Assembly (NCBI RefSeq): GCF_963921235.1
Contig: NC_086097.1
Location: forward strand, 129,830,001 to 129,894,000
Origin: Mobula hypostoma
Taxonomy: Eukaryota
DNA length: 64,000 nt
Direction: 5' to 3'
A program made the position numbers and the translations under genes. Below, in pieces: positions 39,930 to 53,695 of this stretch. Below the pieces are notes generated by a model. The model searched no databases. It saw nothing but the letters and a program-made list of their open reading frames with translations, and was not told the DNA's origin. The number at the start of each line of letters is the position of its first letter. The first letter of the stretch is position 1.

Positions 39930-40640
39930 TGATGAGGGACCATAGATAGGATAGATAGTCAGAATCTTTTGCCCCAGGATAGAGGGAGTCCAGAATTAGA
40001 CAGCATAAGCTTAAGGTGAGAGAGGAGAATTATAAAGGCGAACGGAGGCATTAATTCTTCACACAGAGGGTTGCAAATATCTAGTATGCGCTGCAATAGA
40101 AGATACTGGAGGCAGATACAATTAGAGTCATTGAAATGTACAGCACAAACAGGCTCTTCAGCCCATCTAGTCCATGCCAAACCATTTAAACTGTCTGGTC
40201 CCATCAAACTGCACCCAGACCATGGTCATCCATACCTCTACTCTCCATGTACCTATCCAGGCTACTCAAATGTTGAAATCGAGCTTGTATGTACCACTTG
40301 CACCTGCAGCTCAGTCCACGCTCACCACCCTCTGAATGAAGAAGCTTCCCCTCATATTCCCCTTAAACTTTTCACCTTTCACCCCTAACTTATGTCATCT
40401 AGTTGCAGTCCCGCTCAATCTCAGTTGAAAAAAGCCTCCTTGCATTTATCCTATCTCAATCCCTCAAAATTTTGTAAGCCTCTATCAAATCTCCCTGAAT
40501 TATGTTCAAAGGACATTTGGATATTTACTTGATAGGAAGGACACAGAGGAATATGGGCCTAATACAGGCCATGTGGATAGGCAGTACAACTGGCCTGGCT
40601 GAGCTGGGCTGAAAGGGCCTGTTTGGTGCTGTACACACAT
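39930..40640. mobile_element. Nested CR1 3' fragments (+ copy interrupted by a - copy)
   Basis: CR1 tail motifs on + (aaggtgagag, gggctgaaagggcctgttt) around a minus-strand tail at ~40125-40495. Confidence 0.6.
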
Positions 40641-40771
40641 TGATATAAACATTCCTGCTTAGTGAGCAACTTCTTTTACCATCCACTACACATTATTTCC
40701 ATAACAATTTCAGGAGTCAGGGAGAAAGGGGAAAGGAGAAAGGAAAGCATTTACCCTTGTGAGTGCCTTTA

Positions 40772-41840
40772 GAACATAGAACATAGAAATCTACAGCACA
40801 TTACAGGGCCTTCAGCCCACAATATTGTGCCGACCATGTAATCTACTCTAGAAACTGCCTAGAATTTCCCCACCACATAACTCCCTATTTTTCTAAGCTC
40901 CATGTACCTATCTAAGAGTCTCTTAAAAGACCCTATTGCATCTGCCTCTACCACTGTCACTGGCAGTGCATTCCACACACCCATGACTCTCTCTGTAAAA
41001 AACTTACCTCTGACTTCCCCTGTGTCCCTACTTCCAAGCACCTTAAAACTATTCCCCCTCATGTTATCCATGTCAGCCCTGGCTATTCACACAATCAATG
41101 CCTCTCATCATCTTATACACCTCTATCAGGTCACCTCTCATCCTCTGTCGCTCCAAGGAGAAAAGGCCAAATTCACTCAACCTACTCTCATGAGCAGGCA
41201 ACATCCTTGTATATCTCCTCTGCACTCTCTCAGTACTCCAAATCGGGTCTAACCAAGGTCTTATAAAGCTTTAACACTACCTTACAGCTCCTGAACTCAA
41301 TCAGATGGTTGATGAAGGCCATCACACCATACACCTTCCTAACAACACTGTCAACCTGCACAGCAGCTTTGAGTGTCCTATGGACACAGATCCCAAGATC
41401 TCACTGATCCTCCACATTGCCAACAGTCTTACCATTAATATTATATTCTGTCTTCAAATTTGACCTACCAAAATGAACCACTTCACACTAATCTGGGTTG
41501 AATTCCATCTGCCACTTCTAAGCCCAGTTCTGCATCCTATCAATGTCCCTCTGTAACCTCTGACAACCCTCCAGACTACCTACAACACTCCTAACTTTTG
41601 TGTCATCAGCAAACTTACTAACCCACCCTTCTATTTCATCATCCAGGTCATTTATAAAAATCACAAAGAGGAGGGGTCCCAAAACAGATCCCTGTGGAAC
41701 ACCAATGGTCACCATCCTACATGTAGAATACAAACCATCTACAACCACCCTTTGCCTTCTGTGGGCAAGCCAATTCTGGATCCACAAGGCAAGGTCTCCT
41801 TGGATCCCATGTTTCATTACTTTCTGAATGAGCTTTGCAT
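40772..41840 (-). mobile_element. CR1 RT-to-3' fragment
   Basis: GVPQGSVLGPLLFVIFINDLD..SKFADDTK; (agaacat)n tail. Confidence 0.92.
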
Positions 41841-41970
41841 GAACGTCTTTCCAAATTGTGTTGTCAGCAGTGAAGAAACATTGACTATTGTAGACAAAGG
41901 CCCACTGTAAGCTCCCTCAACCACAATGTGATAGGGTTTATTGTGGGATAAATGAATGAGGGATTAATCT

Positions 41971-43352
41971 TAAACAAGAGAAAATCTGCAAATGCAGGAA
42001 ATCCAAGCAACACACACAAAATGCTGGAGGGACTCAAAAGGCCAGGCAGCAACTATGGAAAAGAGTACAGTCAACGTTTCTGTCCCTATCTCTGGAGGCA
42101 GCTTATCAATTATAAACCCATGGACTCTCACAGCTAGCAGGACTATACCTCTTCTCACCCTGTTACTTGTAAAAATGCCATCAACTTTTGTCAACTCCTT
42201 TGACTCCGTCACATCTGCACTCAGGATGAAGCTTTACATACCTGAACAGAGATGTCCTCCTTTTTCAAAGAAAGGAGCTTCCTCCACCATCAATACTGCC
42301 CTCAATTGCATCTCTTCCATTTCATGCAAGTCTACTCTCACCCCATCCGCCCGTCACTCTACCAGGGATAGGGTTCCTATTGTCCTCACCTATCACCCCA
42401 CCAGCTTCCGCATCCAGCACGCAATTCTCCGTAACTTCCATCATCGCCAATGGATCCAACCACTAATACACCTTTCTCTTCCCCCCACTTTCACCTTTCC
42501 ACAGGGATCCTTCCCTAAGCAACTCCTTTGTCCATTCATCTCTTCCCATTGATCTCCCTCCTGGCACTTATCCTTGGAAGTGGAACAAATGCTACACTTG
42601 CCCCTACACCTTCTCACTCACTCCCATTCAAGGCCCCAAACAGTCCTTTAAGGTTTGGTGATATTTCACCTGTAAGTCTGTTGGGGTCATATACTGTTTT
42701 TGGTGCTCCTGGTGTGGCGTCCTATAAATCAGTGAGACCTGACGTAGATTGGAAGACCGCTTCATTGAGCACCTATGCTTTGTCCACCAGAAGAAACGGG
42801 ATCTTCCAGTGGCCACCCATTTTAATTCCACTTCCCATTTCCATTCAGATATGCCTACCCATAGCCTACTCTGCTGTTGCAATGAGGCCATACTCAGGTT
42901 GGAGGATCAAGACCTTACATTCTGTCTGGGTAGCTTTCAACTTGATGGCAAGAACATCGATTTCTCAAACTTCTGGTAATGCCCCCATCCCCCTTCACTA
43001 TTCCCCAATCCCCTTTTCCCCCTCTCACCATATCGCCTTGCCCGCCCATCACCTCCCTCCGGTGCTTCTACCCCCTTTTTTTTTCCTTCCATGGGCTTGT
43101 CCTCTCCTATTACATTCTCTCTTCTCCAACCCTGTAGCTCTTCCACCATTCAACTTCCCAGCTCTTTACTTCCCCCTCCCCTTCCCGGTTTCATCTATCA
43201 CCTTGTGTTTCTCCCTCCTCTCCTCCACCTTTTAAATCTACTCAGCTTTTCTTCTCCATTCCCGCTGAAGAGTCTTAGCCCAAAACGTCGACCGTACTCT
43301 TTTCCATAGATGCCACCTGGCCTGCTGAGTTTCCCTAACATCTTGTGTGCGT
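41971..43352 (+). mobile_element. 5'-truncated Penelope-like element with an inverted terminal repeat
   Basis: DRVPIVLTYHP, PVATHFNS..RLEDQDLTFCLGS..NIDFSNF; inverted tail at 41971-42080; 14-bp TSD tgagggattaatct at 41957-41970 and 43353-43366. Confidence 0.92.
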
Positions 43353-44389
43353 TGAGGGATTAATCTGCAACACTCCTTCAGGGTTTAACAACAAGGCCTT
43401 GGCTTTAATTTTCAACTCACAGTCTTTCAGGATTGCAACAGAATTTGAGCCCAGATGCATTTAATGGTACAATAACCTGGTGCAAGTGTCTGAGAGCCAA
43501 AAATAATGTAGAATTACTTAAAAAAAAACTTTGCATTTGATAGATGAGTGGAATAAAGCACTTTGTGAATTAAGTGCTTTGCCAAGGCAACCCTTGTCAC
43601 CTAGTATTAGCTCTGAGTCATAGATAATCCCAGCCAAGACGACAGGCACCAATTGCTGAGGATGTTCCCATTTTGGGTTTAGACTACTGGGATCTGAAAA
43701 CAAGCTTGGGAACTTAAAAGTTGAATGTTGGGAAGCCGAGGAGCAACTGACAAAGTATGGGATGCAAATTCGAGAACAGAGCGCACAGGTTCATGTAACC
43801 TCAAATTTTGAGGCGGTGGCACATGACAGCATATCAAATGTTGGCTGGGAGCTCCCAGTTACGTGGGGTGGCTTGTTTCAGTTATTGCAGCCAAAAAGTA
43901 CAGGTGCTGGATGTCTAAAATGGAAACAGGAAATGCAGGATCTACTCAGCAGGTCAAGCAGCATTGGTAGGTAGAGACACAAATATTTCAAGTAAAGGAT
44001 ACATCACCAAACAGGGCTTTTCTGTCTATTGTGTCCATCAAGCCCCATTTATAATAAACCTACACTAATCCCACTTCGTTCTCGCAAGATTCTCAACTAT
44101 TGCACACAAATTCTACAACCCACCCACAACAGCGGCCAATTGACCTACCAACCTGCACATGTTTAGGATATGAGATGAAACGGGACACCCCGTAGAAAAA
44201 CAAGATAGTCACACGGAATGTAAGGTCAGGAGTGAACCTGGGTCTCTGGAGTTGTGAGGCAGCCACTCTACAGCCATTTTAAAAGCTGTTTTGAAGAACC
44301 CTTGACTCTGTTTCTCTCCCCATGGATGCCGGCTGATGACTGAGACTTACAAGAACGTTACCAAGACTCGAGCATCTTAGTTACAGGTA

Positions 44390-44760
44390 AAGTTTGGGCA
44401 GGATAGGAGCGTAGGAGGTGATCTTATACAGAGGTGTATAAAATCATGAAGAGCAGAGATAGGGTGAATGCACACAATCTTCTTCACAGGGAAAGAGAAC
44501 CAAAACTTGAGGCATCTGTTTAAGGTGAAAGCGGAAATACTGAAAAAGGACAACTTCTGCATGCCAAGGGTGGTGTGTGTATATATGCAATGAGCTGCCA
44601 GAGGAAGTGGTTGAGGCAGGTACAATATCAACATTTAGAAGACATTTGGATAGGAAAGGTTCGGAGGGATAGGAGCCAAATACTCACAAATGGGACTAAC
44701 TCAGCAGGACACAATGAATAGTATGGATGGGTTAGGCTGAATGGCCTGTTTCCAACTCTA
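44390..44760 (+). mobile_element. CR1 3' fragment
   Basis: ggtgatcttatacagaggtgtataaaatcatga and a CR1 tail. Confidence 0.7.
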
Positions 44761-46699
44761 CACCTAGCATTTTCGACATTTATGATGTGTTTCACAACCA
44801 GCTCCTATTGTCCAAGAGCTCACACCAAGGTAAACAGAGAAATTCAAGTCCTCCAGCTGTGAGGTACTACCTTAAGGCTCCAAACACAGGAAATTTAGAC
44901 CTAACATTCACATTCTATGAGTAAATTTAGAATCTGGAAGAAATGTAAAACTGCCAGCAGAATTTCCTATTAATGACCTGCAGTTTTATAATGCATTTCA
45001 TTATAATGGACAAAAAGCTGCCTTAATCCATAAGGAAATGAAATACAACAGATAAATTTGTTTTGCTTCTGATGTAGTAAATCAGCATGTTTACATACAT
45101 AAGCATTTTAATGCATTATTTTCATCATGCCTTTTGAACCCACGTCAATTTTGTCTTCCGTTTGTTGGGAGACAATTTTACAAAGGATTTCATCAAATTG
45201 TTAAATCGACACAAACCAGTGCTCATTTTGTTTTTACAAAAATAAGATGGAACTACCATGGAATACTAGGCACAGTTACGGAAAACATTAAGGGATAATG
45301 TTTAGGGACATAATTAACTATGAACTGCACACCAAAGACTGAATGAATTTTGACCTGATATTAGCTGATTGCTTATGAGAGCAAGTTGTTGAAACAGAGA
45401 CAATTAGACAATGCATGGTTATTTATGGGGTCAGGAGTATTAGAAAGAAGCCAGCCGGGTGGCTAATTTCAGAATACTGTCACTTGTGTTACTTTATTTT
45501 CTCAACTTGCAGCAGTCCTTTTGCCAAGTTGCTATGCAACAGGAATATTTCAACCCAATCCAAAGCCACTCACCCTTCAGCGGGAACTGAAGCACACTGT
45601 AAGCAGGTAATTGTCCATCACAAAGATTTTTGTTGTATCTAGCTCAAGTGCAGCATTAGTCAGGGTCCCTGTTCATTACTGATTTTTTTTTATTATCTGC
45701 TTGATGGAAGACAGCAACTTTCTCCCAGCATCACTGCCACCTTTCAATGGAAAAGCATGCATATGGGGAATCAGGGAAACCAGCCTCTTGTTGATCCCTG
45801 CCAATCACAAGTAAAAATCAGAAGCTACGGTGTACAAAAACTGTGACCTATAATGCCAGGAAGCAAAATAAAAACTTGGGGTTACATGTTCTTACTTTGT
45901 CTGTATCCTAACTAGCAATTTCTGCTTCACATCATTTTAGCTCAGTTTTTCTTATTCTTGTCATATATGTCCTGCTGATATGTCCTACAGATATACTACA
46001 ACATAATACATAGGAAAAGAAGTATCACATTTTAGTACCTAGTCCACTAACCCATTTGATCTTACCCCCATCAGAGTACTCCCTCTGTTCCATTCAACTC
46101 CCTTCCACCTTCTCTCCTACTGAAAACTAACTTGTTTTCCTAGCTTTCTGATAAAGGGCCCTGCACTTGAAATGTTAACTGTTTCTCTGCTTGAGCTGTT
46201 GAGTGCTTCCAGCATTTAACTTTGGGAAAGACTTACTATCACCATCCTTGGCAGTGCATTCTAGGTACCTACCAGCACATGTGGAAAAAAAAACTTGATC
46301 TGCACATCTTTCACCCTCTCACTTTAAATGCAGGTTTGAGATTCCACACCACCACTCAACAGCTGGTCTTTTTCAAGAACAGGTTCACAATCTCTGAGCC
46401 AACCATCAGAACAACACTGGAAAATGTTCACTGGTTTGTAGGACTATGCCAACTATCCAAACACAGCAATTAGTACAAACACTTTAACATCCCATCCACA
46501 ATGGATATCACTTTGGAGATGTATGAAGAATGTAATAATAAATATTTAGTATTAACTAATATTTGGATGTCAATTTTCTGAAGAATTGGAGTATTAAATA
46601 CTAAATACAAATAAATGAGATATACATTGGAAAAAATAAAGTAATATCTAATTGTAAATGGTAATCATTCAAATAAAAATGTTGTACAAAAACTCTGGC

Positions 46700-47115
46700 T
46701 AAGTTACATTTGGTGTATTGCATTCAATTCTGGTAGTCTCATTATAAGAAGGATGTAGAGGGTGCAGAAGAGATTTACCAAAATGCTGTCCAGATTAGCG
46801 GGTACAAGCTATAAGCAGAGGTTGAAGAAACTTGGGTTGTTTCTTTCCGGAACGGTGGAGGCTGAGGGTAGACGTGGTAGAAGCTTTAGGGGAAGTTTTT
46901 TTTTTAAACACAGAGAATGGTAGGTGCTTAGAATATTCTGCAAGGAATGATGGTGGAAGAACAGGCAGGGTAGATAGAGGTGTGCAGGGAATGGAGGGAT
47001 ATCGATCATGTGCACGCTGAAGACCTTAGTGCATTTAGGTGCCATTGCTTCATTACTACAGGACAATATCGCAGCCTGAAGAGCCCACTCATGTGCTGTA
47101 TTGTTCGATGTTCTA
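46700..47115 (+). mobile_element. CR1 3' fragment
   Basis: tattgcattcaattctgg..agggtgcagaagagatttacc; tail tgtgctgtattgttcgatgttcta. Confidence 0.65.
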
Positions 47116-47798
47116 ACACTGATCTTGATGGTAAGTAAGATACTGGTTGAAACTTATCCAAGATCCTGAATAGATACAGCAGCAACAGGATGTGGATGTT
47201 GGGTACCTAAACAGATCTTGCTGGAAATGGTCAGTCATTAAGGATACATGGGAGAAAAAGAGTTAACATTACAGGATGACAATCTTCTGTCAAAACTGTA
47301 ACAATATTTTGACTTTTAAGGGGACAAGGAAGGATATACAATGACAGAAATCTAAGTCATAAGGAAAGGTGATCAGGTTTGCTGACATTAGAAAAGTGAC
47401 ATTAACTTAATTGAATTTTTCTTTAAATCAATTCTGATTCTTTAAATAAACTAATAAAGCATTTGGGAGAAATTGCTCACAATGACAGGAGGTTTAAAGA
47501 GAAGGAAGAAAAAAAATAGGAATACATAGACGCTGCTTTACAATTAAGTGAAAGGGCTTTGTAATAAATAATATAACTGGTTCGAATTACAACTAGTTTA
47601 AACATCCAGTGTCTAAATTGCAAAGATGTACCAGTTACTCTTAACTGTTGGGGATTATTGAAGAAAAACCACTTCCTTAGCTTTAGAGTGTATTAAAAAT
47701 TTTCCTTCACATGCTTCAAGCAAACAATAATGCAGGACAACAAATCTTTCAAAAGTGTTGCTTCCTTAGAATTTTTTTGTTCATGATAGACTGTTCAA

Positions 47799-48562
47799 AG
47801 CTGAACACAAAAATACGTTTGTAATTTGAGTGCCTGTATCAAGTAGGAATTTGGAGAAACAAGAAGTTAACTTTTATTGAATATAATGCATTTAATTGCA
47901 TAATGGTGATGATGCTTTGCATCAACTAAGGTAAAAATGCTGTTAACAACTTCCATTTGTACTCAGTGGCTGAGCCAACATTGATGTATTTCAGTTGCCC
48001 TGGTACGGTTTTGCCACAGCTGCAATGTCCTGTTGAAACCTTTCACCATTCTCATCACTGACAGCACCAAGATTTGTATGGAATATATCTAAATGGGAAT
48101 GCAGAAAATGAATCTTTCATGACATGTTGCATTCCTGGTTTTGTATGCTTAAAGCATGTTGCCAACCAGCTGCACATAGTTTGGTGCTCTGTAGTTGCCA
48201 AGAAAATTTTCACCAACATTCTTGAATGCCTTTTTCTCTGGTCCCACTAGAAGTTCTTTGAATTGCCTGTCATTAATGACCTGTTTCATTTTTGGACCAA
48301 CAAAAATGCCTTCTTAATTTTGACATCAGTTATTCTGGGAAACATCTGTCTCAAATATCAAAATCCTTCACGAAAATTTATAGCCTTTCTAAAACCTGTC
48401 CTGCCATGCAGCATCAGCCCTACCTAAGCATGCCCAGGCATGCTTTGACAAGATAGAAAACCTTTCAGCTTACATTGTGAGCAACATTTTAATTCACTTG
48501 AATTATGAATTGAAATCACCCAACCAAAAGTATTCAGGAAGCAAAACTTTTGCTGTTCAGTG
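47799..48562 (-). mobile_element. Internally deleted Chapaev3-like (CMC) DNA transposon
   Basis: Minus strand KIHFLHSHLDIFHTNLGAVSDENGERFQQDI..YQGN; terminus cactgaacagcaaaag with a degenerate partner ctgaacacaaaaa. Confidence 0.75.
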
Positions 48563-49379
48563 TAATAAAGAAAAACAATTTAAGTTTTGAAACCTATTTA
48601 TTGCAGCTCAGAGATGATCTGTATGAAAAGGGTACACATGATGTTTGATAACCCTGACCTCATTATCCTAACCATTGCAAATGGACGTGGGGAAAAGTAT
48701 CGATCTTGGAATGTTGGTCCTTTATGTGAGGTCTCTCTGCAAAACTTTCTGCAAAGCACTCCTTGACTTTTTATGGGCGCGCATGAAGCTCATAAGTTTC
48801 AATTTACAAAGGCAGATGAGCAACAGTACGACACAATATTAGGTACTTGAGTGACTTGGGGAAAATATTAAGAATAAGGCGAATTCCACACATAGGTCCC
48901 TTGGTCACCTTCCTGATGTGCACAATTTCATCTGAGAATGATCATTTTCATCATCTACCTCAGCCACAGCTGCTTTAGTGTATGATTTGGACCATTAAAA
49001 AGAAGTGGTTGAGAAGGTGTACATGCTGTGCTGACAAGAGCTGCAAGGTAATATTGTAGTTCTGTAAAACACTGATTAGACCACACTCTAAAATATTGTG
49101 TTGCGTTCTGGCTGTGTCATTATAAAAAGGATGCGGACGTTTTACAAAGGAGAGTTACCAAGATGTTGCCTTGATTACAGAACATGTCTTATTCAAGATT
49201 CAAGATTGTTTATTGCCATTCTTTAGTACCCAAGGGCAAAGGACAACGAAATGATTGTTACTCTGATTCCAATGCAGCATAAAAAAGAACACAATATGAA
49301 TAATGAACACAATAAAAAACTATAAATATAAATATAAAAACAATCCTACAAAACATAATGTACAGGTAGCTGTTGTAAG

Positions 49380-50205
49380 ACCATAAGACATAGGAGCAGA
49401 ATAAGGCCATTCATCCCATGGGGTCTGTTCCACCATTCCATCTTAACTAATCCCGGATCCCACTCAACCCCATGCACCTGTCTTCTCGCCATATCCTTTG
49501 GTGCCATGACCAAACAGGAAACGATCAATTTCCGCTTTAAATATATCCATAGACATGGCCTCTGCTGCAGTCTGCGGCAGATTATATACATAGATTGATT
49601 ATATGTATGTACATAAAGTAAGGCTAGATGATGTGGATGTTGTAGGTGGGTTAATGGATGGACCATAAGACATAGGAGCAGAAGTAGGCCATTTGGCCCA
49701 TTGAGTCTGTTCTGCCATTCAATCATAAGCTGATCCACTTCATCCAGTCATCCCACTCCTCTGCTTTCACCCCATACCCTTTGATGCCCTGACTAATCAA
49801 GAACCTATCTATCTCTGCCTTAAATACACCCAATGACTTGGCCTCCATAGCTGCTTGTGGCAACAAATTCCACAGATTTACCACTCTCTGACTGAAGTAA
49901 TTTCTCTGCATCTCAGTTCTAAAAGGACGGTCTTCAATCCTGAAGTTGTGTCCTCTTGTCCTAGAATCCCTTACCACGAGAAATAACTTTGCCATATCTG
50001 ATCTGTTCAGGCCTCTTCACATTTGGAATGTTTCTATGAGATCCCCCCTCATTCTCTTGAACTCCAGGGAATACAGCCCAAGAGCTGCCAGATGTTCCTC
50101 ATACGGTAACCTTCTCATTCCTGGAATCATTCTCGCGAATCTTCTCAGAATCCTCTCCAATGTCAGTATATCCCTTCTAAAATAAGGAGCCTAAAACTGC
50201 ACACA
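49380..50205 (-). mobile_element. Two CR1 3' ends
   Basis: SRTRGHNFRI..FSQRVVNLWN.LP..FKAEIDRFL; repeated tail gaccataagacataggagcagaa. Confidence 0.85.
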
Positions 50206-50209
50206 GTTT

Positions 50210-51275
50210 TGCGCCAGGCATTGCGGTCTTTGGCCAAAGCCTCCCAACCAGTTTCAGGGATATTGCATGCTTTCAAGGACAATTTCACTTGGTCTTTATA
50301 GCGCTTTGTGGGGTCTCCCTGGAGATGCTGATCAATTTGACGGCTTGGGGAAAGTTAACTAGTAGTCTTGGCATAGGTGCTATGTAGCCTCTTCGTTGAT
50401 TGTAGTGGGACAAACAGTCCATAAGCACAGTGTGTGGAATCTTTCATGATACTGTTGTCCCTTTTCCAGCGCGCACACATACACACACACACGCGCACCC
50501 ATTTTCTTGGAAGTCTATTGGGAATAACGATGACATCAGTGATGTCTCTGATGAGAGTGAAGCCCGGACTGGGAAGTACAAGTGCACCCGCAGGTCGGGC
50601 ACGTTACAGCCATTGAAGGGTCGGGTCGTCTCTCCTTGTGGTCCTGTTGCCTTTGATCGAGGTCCTTCAGCTGGTGATCTGAAATGACAGCTTGCTTCTT
50701 AGCAGGATGTGGTCAGCCCAGCAGTCTGCACCCCTCATCGCTCTGGTGATGATCACATCCCTGATGTCCCTGCGCCTGTGATCACGTATCAATCAGGTGC
50801 CAGTTCTTGGAGCGCAGGTGCATCCAGGTTGTAGATGTCTGGAAGCTGAAAGAGGATGTTGGTGATTGTCAGCCCATTTTGTGCGCAGAAGGTGAGTAGT
50901 AGCTGCCCATTTGAATTCTCCTTTCCAAGGCCATGCTTGCCAATGACTTCCCGCCGAGACTGATCGTCACTGCCTACTCGGGCATTAAAGTCACCAAGTA
51001 GCAGGATCTTGTCATCTTCGGAGACAGAGTGTAGTAGCTGGCTGAGTTCCTGGTAGAACAGTTCCTTCTGTTCAGAGGTGTAGGTCATGGGGGGTGTGTA
51101 GGCATTGATCAGAGGCAGATGAGTCTTGCCTTCCAGAGACAGCCTCTTTACCATGAGGCGATCTTTGATGCCTCTGGGGAGGGCTTCCAGATTCCTGACG
51201 ATTGTGGTCCCGATGGCAAAGCCAACTCTGGCTTCTTTACCCTCATCCTTTCCTTTGCCACTCCAGAAAAACATG
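50210..51275 (-). mobile_element. RTE LINE endonuclease fragment
   Basis: FFWSGK..VGFAI..INAYTP..KELFYQEL..LLGDFNARVG..NSNGQLLL..LTITN. Confidence 0.9.
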
Positions 51276-51319
51276 TAGCCACACATACACAGATATGGAT
51301 ACACATAAGCACATATATA

Positions 51320-53198
51320 CAGTGCAATACAAAAGTTTGGGCACCCCTGGTCAAAATTTCTGTTACTGTGAATAGCTAAGTGAGTAAAAGGTGACCTGAT
51401 TTCCAAAAGGCATAAAGTTAAAGATGACACATTTCTTTAATATTTTCAGCAAGATTACTTTTTTATTTCCATCTTTTACAGCTTCAAAATAACAAAAAAG
51501 GAAAAGGGCCCAAAGCAAAAGTTTGGGCACCCTGCATGGTCAGTACTTAGTAACACCCCCTTTGGCAAGTATCACAGCTTGTAAATGCTTTTTGTAGCCA
51601 GCTAAGAGTCTTTCAATTCTTGCTTGGGGGATTTTCACCCATTCTTCCTTGCAAAAGGCTTCTAGTTCCGTGAGATTCTTGGGCCGTCTTGCATGCACTG
51701 CTCTTTTGAGGTTTATCCGCAGATTCTCGATGATGTCCAGGTCGGGGGACTGTAAGGGCCATGGCGAAACCTTCAGTTTGCGCCTCTTGAGGTAGTCCAT
51801 TGTGGATTTTGAGGTGTGTTTAGGATCATTATCCTGTTGTAGAAGCCTCCCTCTTTTCATCTTCAGCTTTTTTACAGACGGTGTAACGTTTGCTTCCAGA
51901 ATTTGCTGGTATTTAATTGAATTCATTCTTCCCTCTTCCAGTGAAATGTTCCCCATGCCACTGGCTGCAACATAAGCCCAAAGCATGATTGATCCACCCC
52001 CATGCTTAACAGTTGGAGAGGGGTTCTTTTCATGAAATTCTGCACCCTTTTTTCTCCAAACATACCTTTGCTCATTGCAGCCAAAAAGTTCTATTTTAAC
52101 TTCATCAGTCTACAGGACTTGTTTCCAAAATGCACCCGGCTTGTTTAGATGTTCCTTTGTAAACTTCTGAAGCTGAATTTTGTGGTGAGGATGCAGTAAA
52201 AGATTTCTTCTTATGACTCTTCCATGATGGTCATATTTGCGCAGGTGTTACTGTATAGTAGAACAGTGCACCACCACTCCAAAAGATGAAGATCTTTTGC
52301 AGTCTACAAAAGATAGGATGGCATATTTAGTTGCTCTGATGATAAAGATATTGGTTCCTTGGGGAAAGTAATAAATAAATATACTAAATTTATTTTGAAT
52401 CCCGTGGAGCATGTGGAAACCTTCCAATATCCAGGCAGCTCTTCTTCCTTTTTCTTTTTCTTTCAGCTAGGGGTATATATCGGGGGGGGGGGGGGGGAGG
52501 GTAGTCATTATCTTTCTATGTAATCACTTCAAAAACTCAATAAAAATTATATTAAAAAAAGATCTTTTGCAGTCAAACAGGGGTTTTGATTTGCCTTTCT
52601 AGCAATCCTACCAGCAGTTCTCTCCGAAAATTTTCTTGGTCTTCCAGACCTCAACTTGACCTCCACTGTTCCTGTTAACTGCCATTTCTTAATTACATTA
52701 TGAACTGAGGAAACGGCTACCTGAACATGCTTTGCTATCTTCTTATAGCCTTCTCCTGCTTTGTGGGCATCATTTATTTTAATTTTCAGAGTGCTAGTCA
52801 GTTACTTAGAGGAGCCCATGGCTGCTGATTGTTGGGACAAGGTTTGAGGAGTCAGGGTATTTATAAAGCTTTGAAATTTGCATCACCTGGCCTTTCCTAA
52901 CAATGACTGTGAACAAGCAATAGCCCAAATAAGCTAATTAAGGTCTGAGACCTTGGTAAAAGTTATCTGAGAGCTCAAATCTCTTGGGGTGCCCAAACTT
53001 TGCATGGTGCTCCTTTCCTTTTTTTCACTCTAAAATTGTACAAAACAAAAATAAAACACTAATCTTGCTTAAAATGTTGAAAAGAATGTTTCATCTTTAA
53101 CTTTATGACTTTTGGAGACCAGTTCATCTTCTACTCACTTAACTATTCACAGTAACAGAAATTTTGACCAGGGGTGCCCAAACCTTTGCATGCCACTG
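51320..53198 (-). mobile_element. Tc1 transposon (IR/DR type) carrying an L1 insertion
   Basis: TA-flanked TIRs with repeated aagtttgggcaccc; LQQDNDPKH..SPDLDIIENL..GGVTKY. Confidence 0.95.
52305..52560 (+). mobile_element. L1-type 3' fragment inside Tc1
   Basis: G-run, aataaa and A-tail; 16-bp TSD aagatcttttgcagtc at 52289-52304 and 52559-52574. Confidence 0.75.
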
Positions 53199-53264
53199 TA
53201 TATGTAAGTATACATACATACACACACACAGACACATATATTTATATATCTTTGACGGGGATCG

Positions 53265-53695
53265 TTAAACATTAGATTGAGCAAGTCAGGGCTTTTCTCT
53301 TTGGAGTGAAGGAGGATAAAAGGTGATTTGGTAAAGGTGTACAAAATGTTAAGAGGCACAAATAGAGTGAATAGCCAGAGACTTCTTCCCAGGACTGAAA
53401 TAGATAATGCCAGGGGGCATATTTTTAAGGCAATTGAAGGAAAATGTAGGGGAGATGTCAGAGACAAATTTTTCAACATAAAGAGTGGCGAGTGCCTGCA
53501 ACACAGTGCCTGGGTGGTGGCAGAGGTAGATACGCAGATCAGGGGCATTGAAGAAACTCTTAGATAGGCACAAGATTGATGGAAAATAGAGAGTAATGTA
53601 GGAGAGACGGTTGGATTCATCTTAGAGCAAGTTAAAATGTTCACACAACAGCATGGGTCTAAGGGTCTGTACTGTGCTGTACTGTTCTATGTTCT
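53265..53695 (+). mobile_element. CR1 3' fragment
   Basis: GDLVKVYKMLRG..RGHIFK; tail ctgtgctgtactgttctatgttct. Confidence 0.8.
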
